In this document: piece by piece, positions 28,746-37,559 of the stretch
Layout of the letters: each line of letters begins with the position of its first letter
How positions within the stretch are numbered: the stretch's first letter is position 1
IMG/VR virus record: IMGVR_UViG_2721755486_000001
Location: 1-64,000 of that record
Source: a virus
Lineage: Duplodnaviria; Caudoviricetes
Strand: one strand, 5' to 3'
DNA: 64,000 bases
Notes under the pieces: generated by a model
Told to the model about the DNA's origin: nothing
Database searches by the model: none
Seen by the model: the letters and a program-made list of their open reading frames with translations, nothing else
Program-made: the position numbers and the translations under genes

Positions 28746-28952
28746 ATGTTTCACAGCTTCGGTTATCGCGGTCACACCATTCACATCGCCATTGCCGACC
28801 GCAGCAGCGTCGAGGAGGTCAAGGTCCAGCTCCACCACAGCGACGGCGGGTTCGACCTGGTGCCCTGCAAGACCTTGCTGGGCGCGAAGCGGCGGATCAC
28901 GCGCTACGTCCGGGATCAGGGCAAGCCTGACCAGCCCGCCGGCGCGTACTGA
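28746..28952 (+). CDS. Small hypothetical protein
   Basis: AGGAGGA RBS; 68 aa; palindromes at 28383 and 28954 bracket the unit. Confidence 0.65.
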   Translation: MFHSFGYRGHTIHIAIADRSSVEEVKVQLHHSDGGFDLVPCKTLLGAKRRITRYVRDQGKPDQPAGAY

Positions 28953-29398
28953 TCCGTGCCATGGCCACGAGGGAGGCGTCCACCGGGCGGTGGGCGCTCA
29001 CCCATCGACCTGGTACCGGGGCGGGGTGTGGGGAGTTGCATTTTGCGTCATCAAATGATCTGAGGTGTTGTGTTCTACCGTGGGTACCCGTAAACTCCCG
29101 CCCAGAATCAGAGCAAGAGCAGCACGAAGCACCGGGGCAACCCATTCAGCATCACCATCGCGCAACCGCGGCCATCGCAATCGGCACCGCGGCTTGTCGA
29201 CGATCAGGGATCAGCGCCTGGACCTCTACGCACCGGTGGCATCGAGGGTGCCGGTCGGGCGGACGAAGGACGGCCTGTTTCAGCTCGACGCGATCACGTC
29301 ACGGTTGGGCTGGTTCGGCCGAAATGGAAACCAGGACGTGCCATAGCACAGCGTAGCGCTGGGCGGATGGCCGACGACAACCAGCACGAGGGACCAAC

Positions 29399-30598
29399 AT
29401 GAAACGGACCACGCGTCGCGGCACCACCGCGGCCGGCTTCACGCTCCTCGCCCTGGCGCTCGCCGGGTGCGGCGGTGGTGGTGGGGGCAACGGTAGCAGC
29501 AGCGGAACCACCAGCTCCAACGGCACGGGCTCGACGGGCACCACGACCAGCAACGGGGCGGCGCTCCTGGCGGCCTATACCCCGCCGGCGTCCATCGTGG
29601 CGGGCGTGCAGACCAGCTACAGCGGCCCGGCGTTCAGCACGTACAACAGCGGGCTGTCGTCGAACTGCGCGACCCCCTCGAAGGTCAGCAGCACGGTGAT
29701 CGTCACGCCCAACGCTGTGGTGTTTTCCGCCGGGGCCAGCCTCAAAGCGCAGGAGCTGGCGGCGGACCTCCTGGAACAGGCGATCCCGCAGATACGCACG
29801 GCCATGGGCCTGCCGTCCACCGGCGTGGCGTTCGACGGCACCAACCGGATCCAGGTCTGTGTGGATCCTTCGCTGGGTCAGAGCGCGGGCGAAACAGGGA
29901 CGAGCCTGGTGGGGCAGACCGGCACCGGCGTGGGTCCCGTGATGCAGGTGATGAGCGCCGATGCCGTGTCGTTCGACCAGCGCTACCCGGGGGCGACCAG
30001 CTACACCGCGCCCGTGGGGCAGTCCTACGCCGACCTGTTCGTACACGAGGGAACCCATGCGGCCATCTACTCGCTCACGGAGCCGTTCCTGGGCACCCCG
30101 ACGTTCTACCAGGAGGGTATGGCCACAACGATCAGCCACCTGCCACTGGCCAGCAAGGCGAGCATCCTGGCTGCCGTGCAGGCGTCGGACCTCCTGAGCA
30201 CGTCGAACGCGAACACGGACATGGGCGCGGCGTATTCGGCGTACGAGGCGACGATCGGGTACATCACCAGCTCGGCGAGCGGTGGGCTCGGTTTCCCGAT
30301 GACCAGCATGCCGGCGTTTCTGGCCACGTTCAAAGCGCAGGCGGAAGCCGCCTGCGCTCAGGCGATCCCCAACGGGCTGATCCCAACGGCATCGCAGACC
30401 GTGGGCCTCCCGGCCGGTCAATACAACGTGTGCGCGTCGGGGCCCGGGGTGGTGGACCCGAGACTGAACACGGCGTTCGACGCGGCTTGGAACGCCACCT
30501 TCAAGGACACCGGGGGCGGTCCGCTGTACCTGCATTCCGCCGATTCGGCCAACAGCCTCGAATCGACCTTGTACCAACGGCTCAACAGCTTTTTGTGA
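29399..30598 (+). CDS. Lipoprotein, putative gluzincin metallopeptidase
   Basis: Lipobox LAGC followed by a G/S/T linker; VHEGTH plus downstream YQEGMA (HExxH...E). Confidence 0.7.
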   Translation: MKRTTRRGTTAAGFTLLALALAGCGGGGGGNGSSSGTTSSNGTGSTGTTTSNGAALLAAYTPPASIVAGVQTSYSGPAFSTYNSGLSSNCATPSKVSSTVIVTPNAVVFSAGASLKAQELAADLLEQAIPQIRTAMGLPSTGVAFDGTNRIQVCVDPSLGQSAGETGTSLVGQTGTGVGPVMQVMSADAVSFDQRYPGATSYTAPVGQSYADLFVHEGTHAAIYSLTEPFLGTPTFYQEGMATTISHLPLASKASILAAVQASDLLSTSNANTDMGAAYSAYEATIGYITSSASGGLGFPMTSMPAFLATFKAQAEAACAQAIPNGLIPTASQTVGLPAGQYNVCASGPGVVDPRLNTAFDAAWNATFKDTGGGPLYLHSADSANSLESTLYQRLNSFL

Positions 30599-30673
30599 CC
30601 GGCTAACGCGGGGCGGCGGCGTCCGATGGGCGCGGCCGACGCGAGGGACCAATCAACAAGAAAGAGGAAAACG

Positions 30674-31423
30674 ATGAAGCACCACGTCTTGCCCGTCGCA
30701 GCGACGACGGTTTTGTGCGGCCTGCTGGCCGCGTGCGCGAACGGCGGGCCGGACGTGAACGGCTTCGTCCAGAAGGCCAACAGCGCGGTCGAGAGCGCGA
30801 TCCACAGCGTGACCGGGGGCAGCGGTGACAGCGGGGGCGACGTCACCAACGCGGCCGGCCCGGTCTACACCCCGCTCTCGGGCGGGAACAGCTTGCAGGG
30901 GCTTTTCGGCGGGCAGAACCAGCAGCTCGCGAACTACGGCAAGCTGCAATACCCGCGGGTCGCTCTGGAATACCTGACGTTCGGGGCGAGCCAGCCCTGC
31001 TGGAAGGTGCGCGCGACGATCTGGACCAACTCGAAGCACTCGCATGACGAGGTGTTCCAGGTGTGCGACGTGCCGATCGCGGTCCGGGACGCCGTCGGCC
31101 AGGTGGGTCAGCTCAACCCGCAGGGGATCATCGACAAGATCGACCAGACCCGGGCGCCGATCAACGTGGCGAACACGGGCGACCAACGCACACGTGGTCC
31201 GCTTCCCCCGTTGCGGGCCATGAGCGTCCCGCTGACGAACACGGGCCCCATGTTCCAGGCGAACCCGTTGCAGGTGCGCCTGGACGCGATCAACGCCCGG
31301 ATCGCTTACGTGGCAAAGTACGTACCGCTCGGCGACACGAGCGCCATGAGCGTGGTCAGCTCGGCCTTCTACGACTACCGCGTGTGGATCTACCGGTTCG
31401 ACCCGGCGGGCAACCTCGGGTGA
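30674..31423 (+). CDS. Lipoprotein
   Basis: MKHHVLPV..LLAAC lipobox; GAGGA RBS. Confidence 0.75.
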   Translation: MKHHVLPVAATTVLCGLLAACANGGPDVNGFVQKANSAVESAIHSVTGGSGDSGGDVTNAAGPVYTPLSGGNSLQGLFGGQNQQLANYGKLQYPRVALEYLTFGASQPCWKVRATIWTNSKHSHDEVFQVCDVPIAVRDAVGQVGQLNPQGIIDKIDQTRAPINVANTGDQRTRGPLPPLRAMSVPLTNTGPMFQANPLQVRLDAINARIAYVAKYVPLGDTSAMSVVSSAFYDYRVWIYRFDPAGNLG

Positions 31424-31471
31424 TCGTCGGCCGTCCGGCGCACCCTGCACCAGAAGAAAAAGGACACGAGT

Positions 31472-32464
31472 ATGAGCAGCTTCCAGGAACAGATCGACCA
31501 GGCGATCAAGGCCCAGGACCTGTACTTCATCGGGGACCAGTTGCCGTCGGACTGGTACGCCGGTTTCAAGGCCTGGCTCCCCCTGGCGGAGGGCGGTGAT
31601 GCGCGGGCCATGGTCAACGTGGGCCACTGCTACGTGAACGGCGAGGGCGTGGACCGCAGCGCCACCACCGGGCTGGATTGGTACCGACGTGCGGCGAACC
31701 AGGGCGACGCCCGGGCGATGCTCACGCTCTACCGCCAGTTGAAGGGGAGCTCGCCGGTCGAGGCCGAGGGCTTCCTGCAACGCGCGGCGTCCGCGGGCGA
31801 CGATCGGGCGATCCAGGCGGTGAAGGCACGCATCGCGGAGCAGCAGCGCCAGGCGCAGCAGCAGGAAGCAGCGGAGCGGGAGCGCGTGGCGATCCAGCGG
31901 GCGACCACCGCGTTCCAGGAGATCAAGGCGATGCTGGACCGCCGGGACCTGGCGGGCGCACGGCAGCGGGCGGAAACGGCGGTGCAGGACGGGTTCGCCT
32001 GGGCGGGGCAGATCATCGCGGCCCTAGCGTTGAAGATCGAGGTGACGCGCACCAGCCAGAAGGAGTACATCCCGGGCCCGATGGTCATCCGCGACGGGAC
32101 ATCACGCCACACGGGGACGTCGTACCGCACGTACACCCACAGCGGCACGGTGACCAACCCGACGCGCTACGGGGTGCACGCCAACATCGGCGGTTTGGGC
32201 CTGGGCTACGGGATGGTGCCCGCCAACGGCTCGGTGAAAGCGTCCTCGGTGCCGGTGCGCCAGATCGCGAGCGACTGGTGCTCGAAGGTCGACGTCATGA
32301 TCACCGACAAGGTGGTGAAGTCGCTGACGCCGAATGGCGTGGTGGCCGTGCCGATCGGCCCGGACCAGGTGACGGTGACGAGCGGCGACCCGCTGCCCTG
32401 GAAGGTCATCGCCTGGGGCGTGGGGATCGTGGTCGTGCTGCTCGGGCTGGCGGTGCTCCACTGA
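31472..32464 (+). CDS. Sel1-repeat protein with C-terminal TM anchor
   Basis: AEGGDARAMVNVGHCYVNGEGV..WYRRAANQGDARAM Sel1 repeats; C-terminal hydrophobic helix. Confidence 0.8.
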   Translation: MSSFQEQIDQAIKAQDLYFIGDQLPSDWYAGFKAWLPLAEGGDARAMVNVGHCYVNGEGVDRSATTGLDWYRRAANQGDARAMLTLYRQLKGSSPVEAEGFLQRAASAGDDRAIQAVKARIAEQQRQAQQQEAAERERVAIQRATTAFQEIKAMLDRRDLAGARQRAETAVQDGFAWAGQIIAALALKIEVTRTSQKEYIPGPMVIRDGTSRHTGTSYRTYTHSGTVTNPTRYGVHANIGGLGLGYGMVPANGSVKASSVPVRQIASDWCSKVDVMITDKVVKSLTPNGVVAVPIGPDQVTVTSGDPLPWKVIAWGVGIVVVLLGLAVLH

Positions 32465-32592
32465 CCGCTCAGGTGCGGCCGGGCACCCGGCGGTCGACGA
32501 GGGCACCCAAGGCATGGCTTAAGATGGCACCCTCTCAGGTGTAGGACCGTACCGCGCACGTAGGCCCTCGGACCGCGCGGTGTGTGTTTTGA

Positions 32593-32617
32593 CGGCCCCG
32601 CGCGGGGCCGCTTTTTC
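32593..32617 (+). terminator. Intrinsic terminator
   Basis: CGGCCCCG-cg-CGGGGCCG hairpin followed by a T-tract. Confidence 0.6.
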
Positions 32618-32619
32618 GT

Positions 32620-33480
32620 TCAGTCGCGGTCAGCGGCGCGGGCGGCGAGGGTACCCAGCAGCACGGCGAGGAGGGCCGTACCCGCCGCGATCCCGATCGC
32701 CTTCAGCATCGTCTTCACCGCGCTTTCGTTTCCCATTTGCCTGGCATTCTCCGACACGTGCTGTTTCTCGGTTCCCTGCACGAACCCGAACTTGGCACGG
32801 TCCGGCAGCGCCTCGACCATGCGATCGACCAGTTCGGTGAGCTGCCACCGGCGGGTGGCCGACACGGTGCAGACCTCGGCGTTTGGCAGGTTGAAAAGCG
32901 CGCCCACGTCTGAGCGCTTCTGCTCGATGTTGGCGAGCTGCTCGGGGCCCGGGCGGCGTTCGTCGCGGATCCAGTCGTCGGTCGGTTCGAGCTTGTCGCT
33001 CTGGTTGACCACCACCAGGAAGGGCGTCGCGTTGCGCCCGATCTCGGGCTCCACGATGCTCTGGTAATACGCCTTGTCGGCGGCCAGGGCCCGGTCGTCG
33101 GCCTTCACCACCCACAGCACGAGGTCCAGCTCGGGCAGCACGCTCTTGTACAGAGCGCTGTACTCCACGTCACGCTCGGCGCTCTCGCCCAGGCCGGGCA
33201 GGTCCAGGAGGAACACCCCGGACAGGTCGCCCTGCATCTCGAGCAGGGCCTGCTGGGGTTGGCGGGTGCACGCCGACACGTCGCTGACCTCGGCGACGTC
33301 GTGACCGAACAGCGCGTTGAACAGGGCGGACTTGCCCACGCCCGTCTTGCCCAGCACGCCGATCCGCGGGACGTAGCCCAGGGTTTCTTTGATTTTCTCG
33401 ACGGTCTCTTTCGTGACCTCGACGCCGTGCTTGCGCAACACGTCGCCGAACGCCTTCACCAGGTTGGGATCAATGGCCAT
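32620..33480 (-). CDS. YeeP/YfjP-like (Era/MMR_HSR1) GTPase with C-terminal hydrophobic helix
   Basis: GKTGVGKS (G1), ACTR (G2), DLPG (G3), NQSD (G4); LPELDLVLWVVKADDRA typical of YeeP/YfjP. Confidence 0.88.
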   Translation of the reverse strand: MAIDPNLVKAFGDVLRKHGVEVTKETVEKIKETLGYVPRIGVLGKTGVGKSALFNALFGHDVAEVSDVSACTRQPQQALLEMQGDLSGVFLLDLPGLGESAERDVEYSALYKSVLPELDLVLWVVKADDRALAADKAYYQSIVEPEIGRNATPFLVVVNQSDKLEPTDDWIRDERRPGPEQLANIEQKRSDVGALFNLPNAEVCTVSATRRWQLTELVDRMVEALPDRAKFGFVQGTEKQHVSENARQMGNESAVKTMLKAIGIAAGTALLAVLLGTLAARAADRD

Positions 33481-33556
33481 GCGTGGTCTCCTGCGGGTGG
33501 TTGTTCGGGATGGTTGTTCTTGGCGGGGCGCCTGTGGTCCGGCGGCCCCCACAGGG

Positions 33557-34645
33557 TCAGCGGTCGAACGCTTCGATCATCCGGCGCTGGGCGTCGACGA
33601 TCGCCAGGGCGTTGCCCGGGTGCCAGTCGGCGATCGAGTACGGCAGGTTGAAATACGGGTAGCGGCCGAACGCGAACCGGGCGAGCGGCGGCAGCGGCCG
33701 GTCCGCCCACGGGTTTTCGAGCAGCACGACGTCCTCATGGAACACGAACAGGACGGCCGACAGGCGGCTCTTCTTTTTGTCGTCGAGGCGGAAACGCCCG
33801 TCGTGGCCCATGCGTTTCGGGGCGGACGGGTCCTCGAACACGGGCGCACCCTTCCAGCCGTAGACCCCGTACCACATGGCGCCGCTGCACAGCCCCCGTC
33901 CGTGAAACCCACGGATCAGCGGGGACATCTGGTGCGGCTTGAGCAGTTGGGAGGTGGTGGGGCCACCGAAGTGGGTGAAGTCGGCGATGAGCACGCACGG
34001 CCGGTCGGGGGCCACCTGGGTCTCGTCCGGCTTCATCGAGCAAACCTTGCTGATGAGGTTGGCCTGGACGCTGTCGCCTTCCTTCGTCGGGTCCGGTCGA
34101 CCGCCCGGGGTCAGCTCGGTCACGGCCATACGGAGGGTCCGCTCGCCCACCGTCGTTTCCGAGCGTTCGATCCCGTACGGGTGCTCACCGTCGGGCGTGT
34201 TGGCCGCGGCCATCAGCTTGTCCTGTTGCTTGTCCTGGTGCTTCGAGAACACCTCGACCGTCACCGGCCCGTCGCCGGCGTCCACGGTGAAGTCAGGCGT
34301 GGCGTCGCTCGCCCGGATGATCGGCGTGACGTCGAATCCTGCTTCGAGCAGGCCGCCGTACGCGCGGATCTCCGCCAGGGCCGACGACGCACCGCTGTCG
34401 TCCTGGAGGTTGCGCAGGCGGTCACCGAGATCCTTCAACCACGTTTCGCCGCCGGTCTCCTGGGCGATGGCCGGCACCGCCAGGCGGACCAGGTTGTCGA
34501 CCGGGCGCGGTTCCCGCGAGCACAGGGCGAACCACGTGGGGTGGCGCGTCCCGGTGGGTAGAAGCGGGGCCTTGTCGATCCCCTCGATCTCCTCGGGGGT
34601 GAACAGGTCGGACAGGCTCGCGATGGTGGGCGTGGTGGTGCTCAT
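33557..34645 (-). CDS. Hypothetical protein with a restriction-endonuclease-like motif
   Basis: LAEI...TPDFTV.....VTVEVFSK resembles PD-(D/E)xK; AAGGA RBS. Confidence 0.6.
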   Translation of the reverse strand: MSTTTPTIASLSDLFTPEEIEGIDKAPLLPTGTRHPTWFALCSREPRPVDNLVRLAVPAIAQETGGETWLKDLGDRLRNLQDDSGASSALAEIRAYGGLLEAGFDVTPIIRASDATPDFTVDAGDGPVTVEVFSKHQDKQQDKLMAAANTPDGEHPYGIERSETTVGERTLRMAVTELTPGGRPDPTKEGDSVQANLISKVCSMKPDETQVAPDRPCVLIADFTHFGGPTTSQLLKPHQMSPLIRGFHGRGLCSGAMWYGVYGWKGAPVFEDPSAPKRMGHDGRFRLDDKKKSRLSAVLFVFHEDVVLLENPWADRPLPPLARFAFGRYPYFNLPYSIADWHPGNALAIVDAQRRMIEAFDR

Positions 34646-34812
34646 ACGACGGATCCTTCAGCGGACGGGTGGGCGGGCAAGCGAACGATTGTACGGGGAC
34701 CGCAGGGCGATTGCTTGACCATCGGGAGGCGCCGGCGTGTCACCCGATCACCCGGGCTTGAACGGCGAACGGCCGCCACCCGGGCGACCGTTTCGACGCG
34801 TCCGAATCGGGA

Positions 34813-35163
34813 TCACCAACCGCGCGGCGGGAGCCAGTCCCGGGAGTGCTCGTTCAGGAACCGGCGGGTCCGGTAAAACGAGCGCAGGGTGGTCAGCGGC
34901 AGCGCCACCCCACGTTCTTGGGCGACGCGCAACGCCAGGTCCCGCATCTTGGCGGTCGGCGCACGCGGTCCGAAGATGAAGAACGGGTGGCGCAGGAACC
35001 GCAGGGCGGCCAGATCGGCCCGGGCCTCGTGGCTGAACGGTGCGCGCAGCAGGGCACGGACCAGTCCGAAGATCGCGGTCATGATCCAGACCCAGGCCAG
35101 GAACAGGAAGGACACGCCGATCGCGCCGGCGATCAGGGCAAGGACGATTTTAAGGCCGACCAC
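34813..35163 (-). CDS. Small membrane protein
   Basis: GTG at 35163 behind AGGAGGAG; N-terminal transmembrane segment. Confidence 0.6.
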   Translation of the reverse strand: MVGLKIVLALIAGAIGVSFLFLAWVWIMTAIFGLVRALLRAPFSHEARADLAALRFLRHPFFIFGPRAPTAKMRDLALRVAQERGVALPLTTLRSFYRTRRFLNEHSRDWLPPRGW

Positions 35164-35201
35164 GGTTCTCCTCCTGCTGGTCTGTTGGCGGTGTTCGGAC
35201 C

Positions 35202-35283
35202 AACTTAGCGGGTCATGGGGCGAAGTCAACCCCGTGCCCTGGCACGGCTCGCCGCTTGACGGGCCTGCACGACCTGCTAGGTT
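35202..35283. promoter_or_regulatory. Back-to-back backbone promoters sharing one perfect palindrome (35232-35247)
   Basis: Minus strand TTGACT(35224-35229)-N16-TAAGTT; plus strand TTGACG(35256-35261)-N16-TAGGTT. Confidence 0.75.
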
Positions 35284-35333
35284 TCGGGCACGCGGTCCAC
35301 GTTCAGAGGCCGGACACGAGGAGGAGACCTGCG

Positions 35334-35693
35334 ATGCGGCTGTTCAAACCCATGGCCCTGGCCACCACGATCGGCATCTGCGCGATGACCGGTGGCGGCG
35401 ACGCCAACGGCAGCACCGGCTTCACCCTGCCGACGTCGCTGGCGGCCGTACGCCAGGACGCGACGGCGGTGTGCGACCGGATCCCGGGCGAGGCGGGGCA
35501 GGCGGGTCTGCCGGCGTTGGGCGCGATGTCGAACGGCTGCTACAACGCGGTGGCGTTCGTGAACACCAAGCTCGTCGCGGTGCTGGGCGACGGCGGGTCG
35601 GCGCTGATCGTCCCGGACGACGGCGGACCGATCTTGCTGCGCGTGGCGACCATGACCGAGGGCATCGGGGCCCGGGTTCGCAACGCGCGGTAA
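35334..35693 (+). CDS. Small putatively exported protein
   Basis: GAGGAGGAG RBS; hydrophobic N-terminus. Confidence 0.6.
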   Translation: MRLFKPMALATTIGICAMTGGGDANGSTGFTLPTSLAAVRQDATAVCDRIPGEAGQAGLPALGAMSNGCYNAVAFVNTKLVAVLGDGGSALIVPDDGGPILLRVATMTEGIGARVRNAR

Positions 35694-35779
35694 GGCGCGC
35701 ACCGTGGAGCGACCAGGCGGCCATCAGGGCCGCCTGTTGCGTTATGCTGCTGATCCGCTCGATCGCACCATCGCACCGT

Positions 35780-36268
35780 ATGCCCATCCAACCCGAACGT
35801 CATCCACCCCTGGACCTTCAACCGAACACGGTGCTTTACCGCGGCGTCAACCGGGGCATGCACGACGACGGCCGGGGCTTGCGCCCGCGAAACCCGGACA
35901 AGCCGTTCGAGAAGCACGTGTACTTCGACGGCACGTGGAAGCTGGACGGCTCGATCAACTTCGGCACACCGCACGGGCAGGCGGTGCACGCGCACCAGTG
36001 GGACAGCGAGGGATTCAACGGCCCCGCGCTCTCGTTCACCACCATCGAGAAGGTCGCGCGGCGCTTCGCCACCACCGACGGGCTGGAGGACGGCGTGGTG
36101 TACGCGGTGACGGTGGCCGAGCTGGAAGCGGCGGGATGCAGCCTCCAAGATCCCAGGGTCTACACCTCGGGACTGCAGAACCCCGACGAGCACGAGGTGA
36201 TCGTGGTCCCACCGACCGGCGGTGAGCTGAGCCTCGACCGGGTGCGGGTGACCGAGGTGGTGGCGTAG
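35780..36268 (+). CDS. ADP-ribosyltransferase-fold protein (R-S-E type); start uncertain
   Basis: VLYRG ... LSFTT ... DEHEVIV motifs in canonical order. Confidence 0.6.
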   Translation: MPIQPERHPPLDLQPNTVLYRGVNRGMHDDGRGLRPRNPDKPFEKHVYFDGTWKLDGSINFGTPHGQAVHAHQWDSEGFNGPALSFTTIEKVARRFATTDGLEDGVVYAVTVAELEAAGCSLQDPRVYTSGLQNPDEHEVIVVPPTGGELSLDRVRVTEVVA

Positions 36269-36451
36269 GCCTGGGCGATCGGTAGGGCTCGGGCGCGTGA
36301 AACCCCGCCTCCGGCGGCTTGGGCACCATCCCCGGCGAGTACCTGCGGTGACCGGGCCGGGCTCAACGCGGTGAGGAGCAGTGCACCTGGTTTCATGGGG
36401 GCGACCGCCGGCCGGGTGTCGCCTGCTGGTGGCAGGGCGATCGGGACCGGG

Positions 36452-37160
36452 AGGTGCCATGGCACGGGGATTCGCACCCGAGCATCCCATTCGGTTCGCC
36501 CCCCTGCGGGATCGTCGCCGGAGGTGTGTTTCGGTCGCGCGGCAGTGGTTCTGCCCGCTCATTCATCGACCTATGGGCCGCCAGGAGGCGGCAAACCACG
36601 CCATCAAGAGCATCGCGGCGGTACCACGGCGCGCGCTCTGCGGCAGAACATCCCATTCGGTTCGCCCCCACCAGCAGGAAAACATCCCACTCGGTTCCCA
36701 CCCCTGGCGTTGGCCCCGCCCCGTGCCGGGGGCAGGTGTTCGGGGCGCACGGGTTCCGGGGTTGAGTGCCAGGAGCCGCTAGGCTCCCAAAAGGTTTTGA
36801 CGTTCCCGGAGGGGATCGGTTGAACCACGCGCCGGAGGTGATGGCAAAACGTTATGTTCTTCGTTCGGTGGGTTCGGGTGAACCGCCAGAAAGGCGGGTT
36901 CACCCAGGAACCCCTTCACCGTTTTTCTCTAGAGTATTGCTGTTAGCTATCAAGCAGGGGGTGCGCGTCCGGAGGACGCACCCCTGCTTAATAGCTTAAG
37001 AGCTTAAGGCGGGCTGGAACGCCCGTCTGTCAAGGCTTTCAGGGGGGGGGGCATCCGATTGGGTTCGCCCCTTCATCCCATTCGGTTCGCCCCTTCATCC
37101 GATTGGGTTCGCCCCCCATCCCATTCGGTTCGCCCCCTCATCCGATCGGGTTCGCCCCCT
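36452..37160. other. Vegetative origin region (oriV)
   Basis: Dispersed iterons at 36483, 36649 and 36683; two strong inverted repeats (36870-36913, 36945-36996); locally AT-richer patch; five tandem iterons; adjacent initiator gene. Confidence 0.75.
37052..37160 (+). repeat. Five tandem 21-22 bp iterons CATCC(G/C)AT(T/C)(G/C)GGTTCGCCCC
   Basis: Units start at 37052, 37074, 37096, 37117 and 37139. Confidence 0.92.
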
Positions 37161-37303
37161 GGGGCGTCCCATGTGAAGGTCCTGCTGGTAAAGATTTTCG
37201 TAGGCAAGCCTTGACATGACCGGGGCCTGGAGTTGTACTGGACCAGAGCGCAGATGATCGCGCGCAACGTTCACGATGGGCCTGCCACGGCGGGCCATGA
37301 CCG

Positions 37304-37338
37304 ACGCCTCTCGGACTAAACCCCGAGGGGCGTTTTTC
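37304..37338 (+). terminator. Terminator-like hairpin in the leader of the RHH-rep operon
   Basis: ACGCCTCTCGG-actaaacc-CCGAGGGGCG followed by TTTTT. Confidence 0.55.
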
Positions 37339-37355
37339 GTTTACCGGAGATCACG

Positions 37356-37559
37356 ATGGCGTCCCCCTCGAAATCGTCGAAGAAGCAGATGGAGCAGCTC
37401 AACATGCGGCTCGAGACGGCCGTGCTCGCGCAGCTCGACCGCATGGCGGCGGAGCGCTCGACGACGCGGAGCGACGTGTTGCGGACGCTGTTGGCTGCAT
37501 GGATGCGCGATCCTTCCAGCGTGGTGGTTGGCTTCCCCGTGATCGGGAGCGCGAAATGA
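37356..37559 (+). CDS. CopG-like ribbon-helix-helix regulator
   Basis: LNMRLETAVLAQLDRMAAERSTTRSDVLRTLL; translationally coupled to the rep gene. Confidence 0.8.
   Translation: MASPSKSSKKQMEQLNMRLETAVLAQLDRMAAERSTTRSDVLRTLLAAWMRDPSSVVVGFPVIGSAK

Noticed and set aside
29065-29346. 93-aa ORF upstream of the lipoprotein operon
   Set aside because: There is no clear RBS or motif, and it may be a leader region.
34813-35334. ORF-track TTG starts at 35229 and 35256 (also 47496 and 8115)
   Set aside because: These TTGs are the -35 hexamers of predicted promoters; downstream starts with RBSs or better coding signal were used instead.
37052-37160. Tandem repeats as a CRISPR array
   Set aside because: The repeats are contiguous with no unique spacers, there are no cas genes, and they lie beside a Rep gene, so they are iterons.
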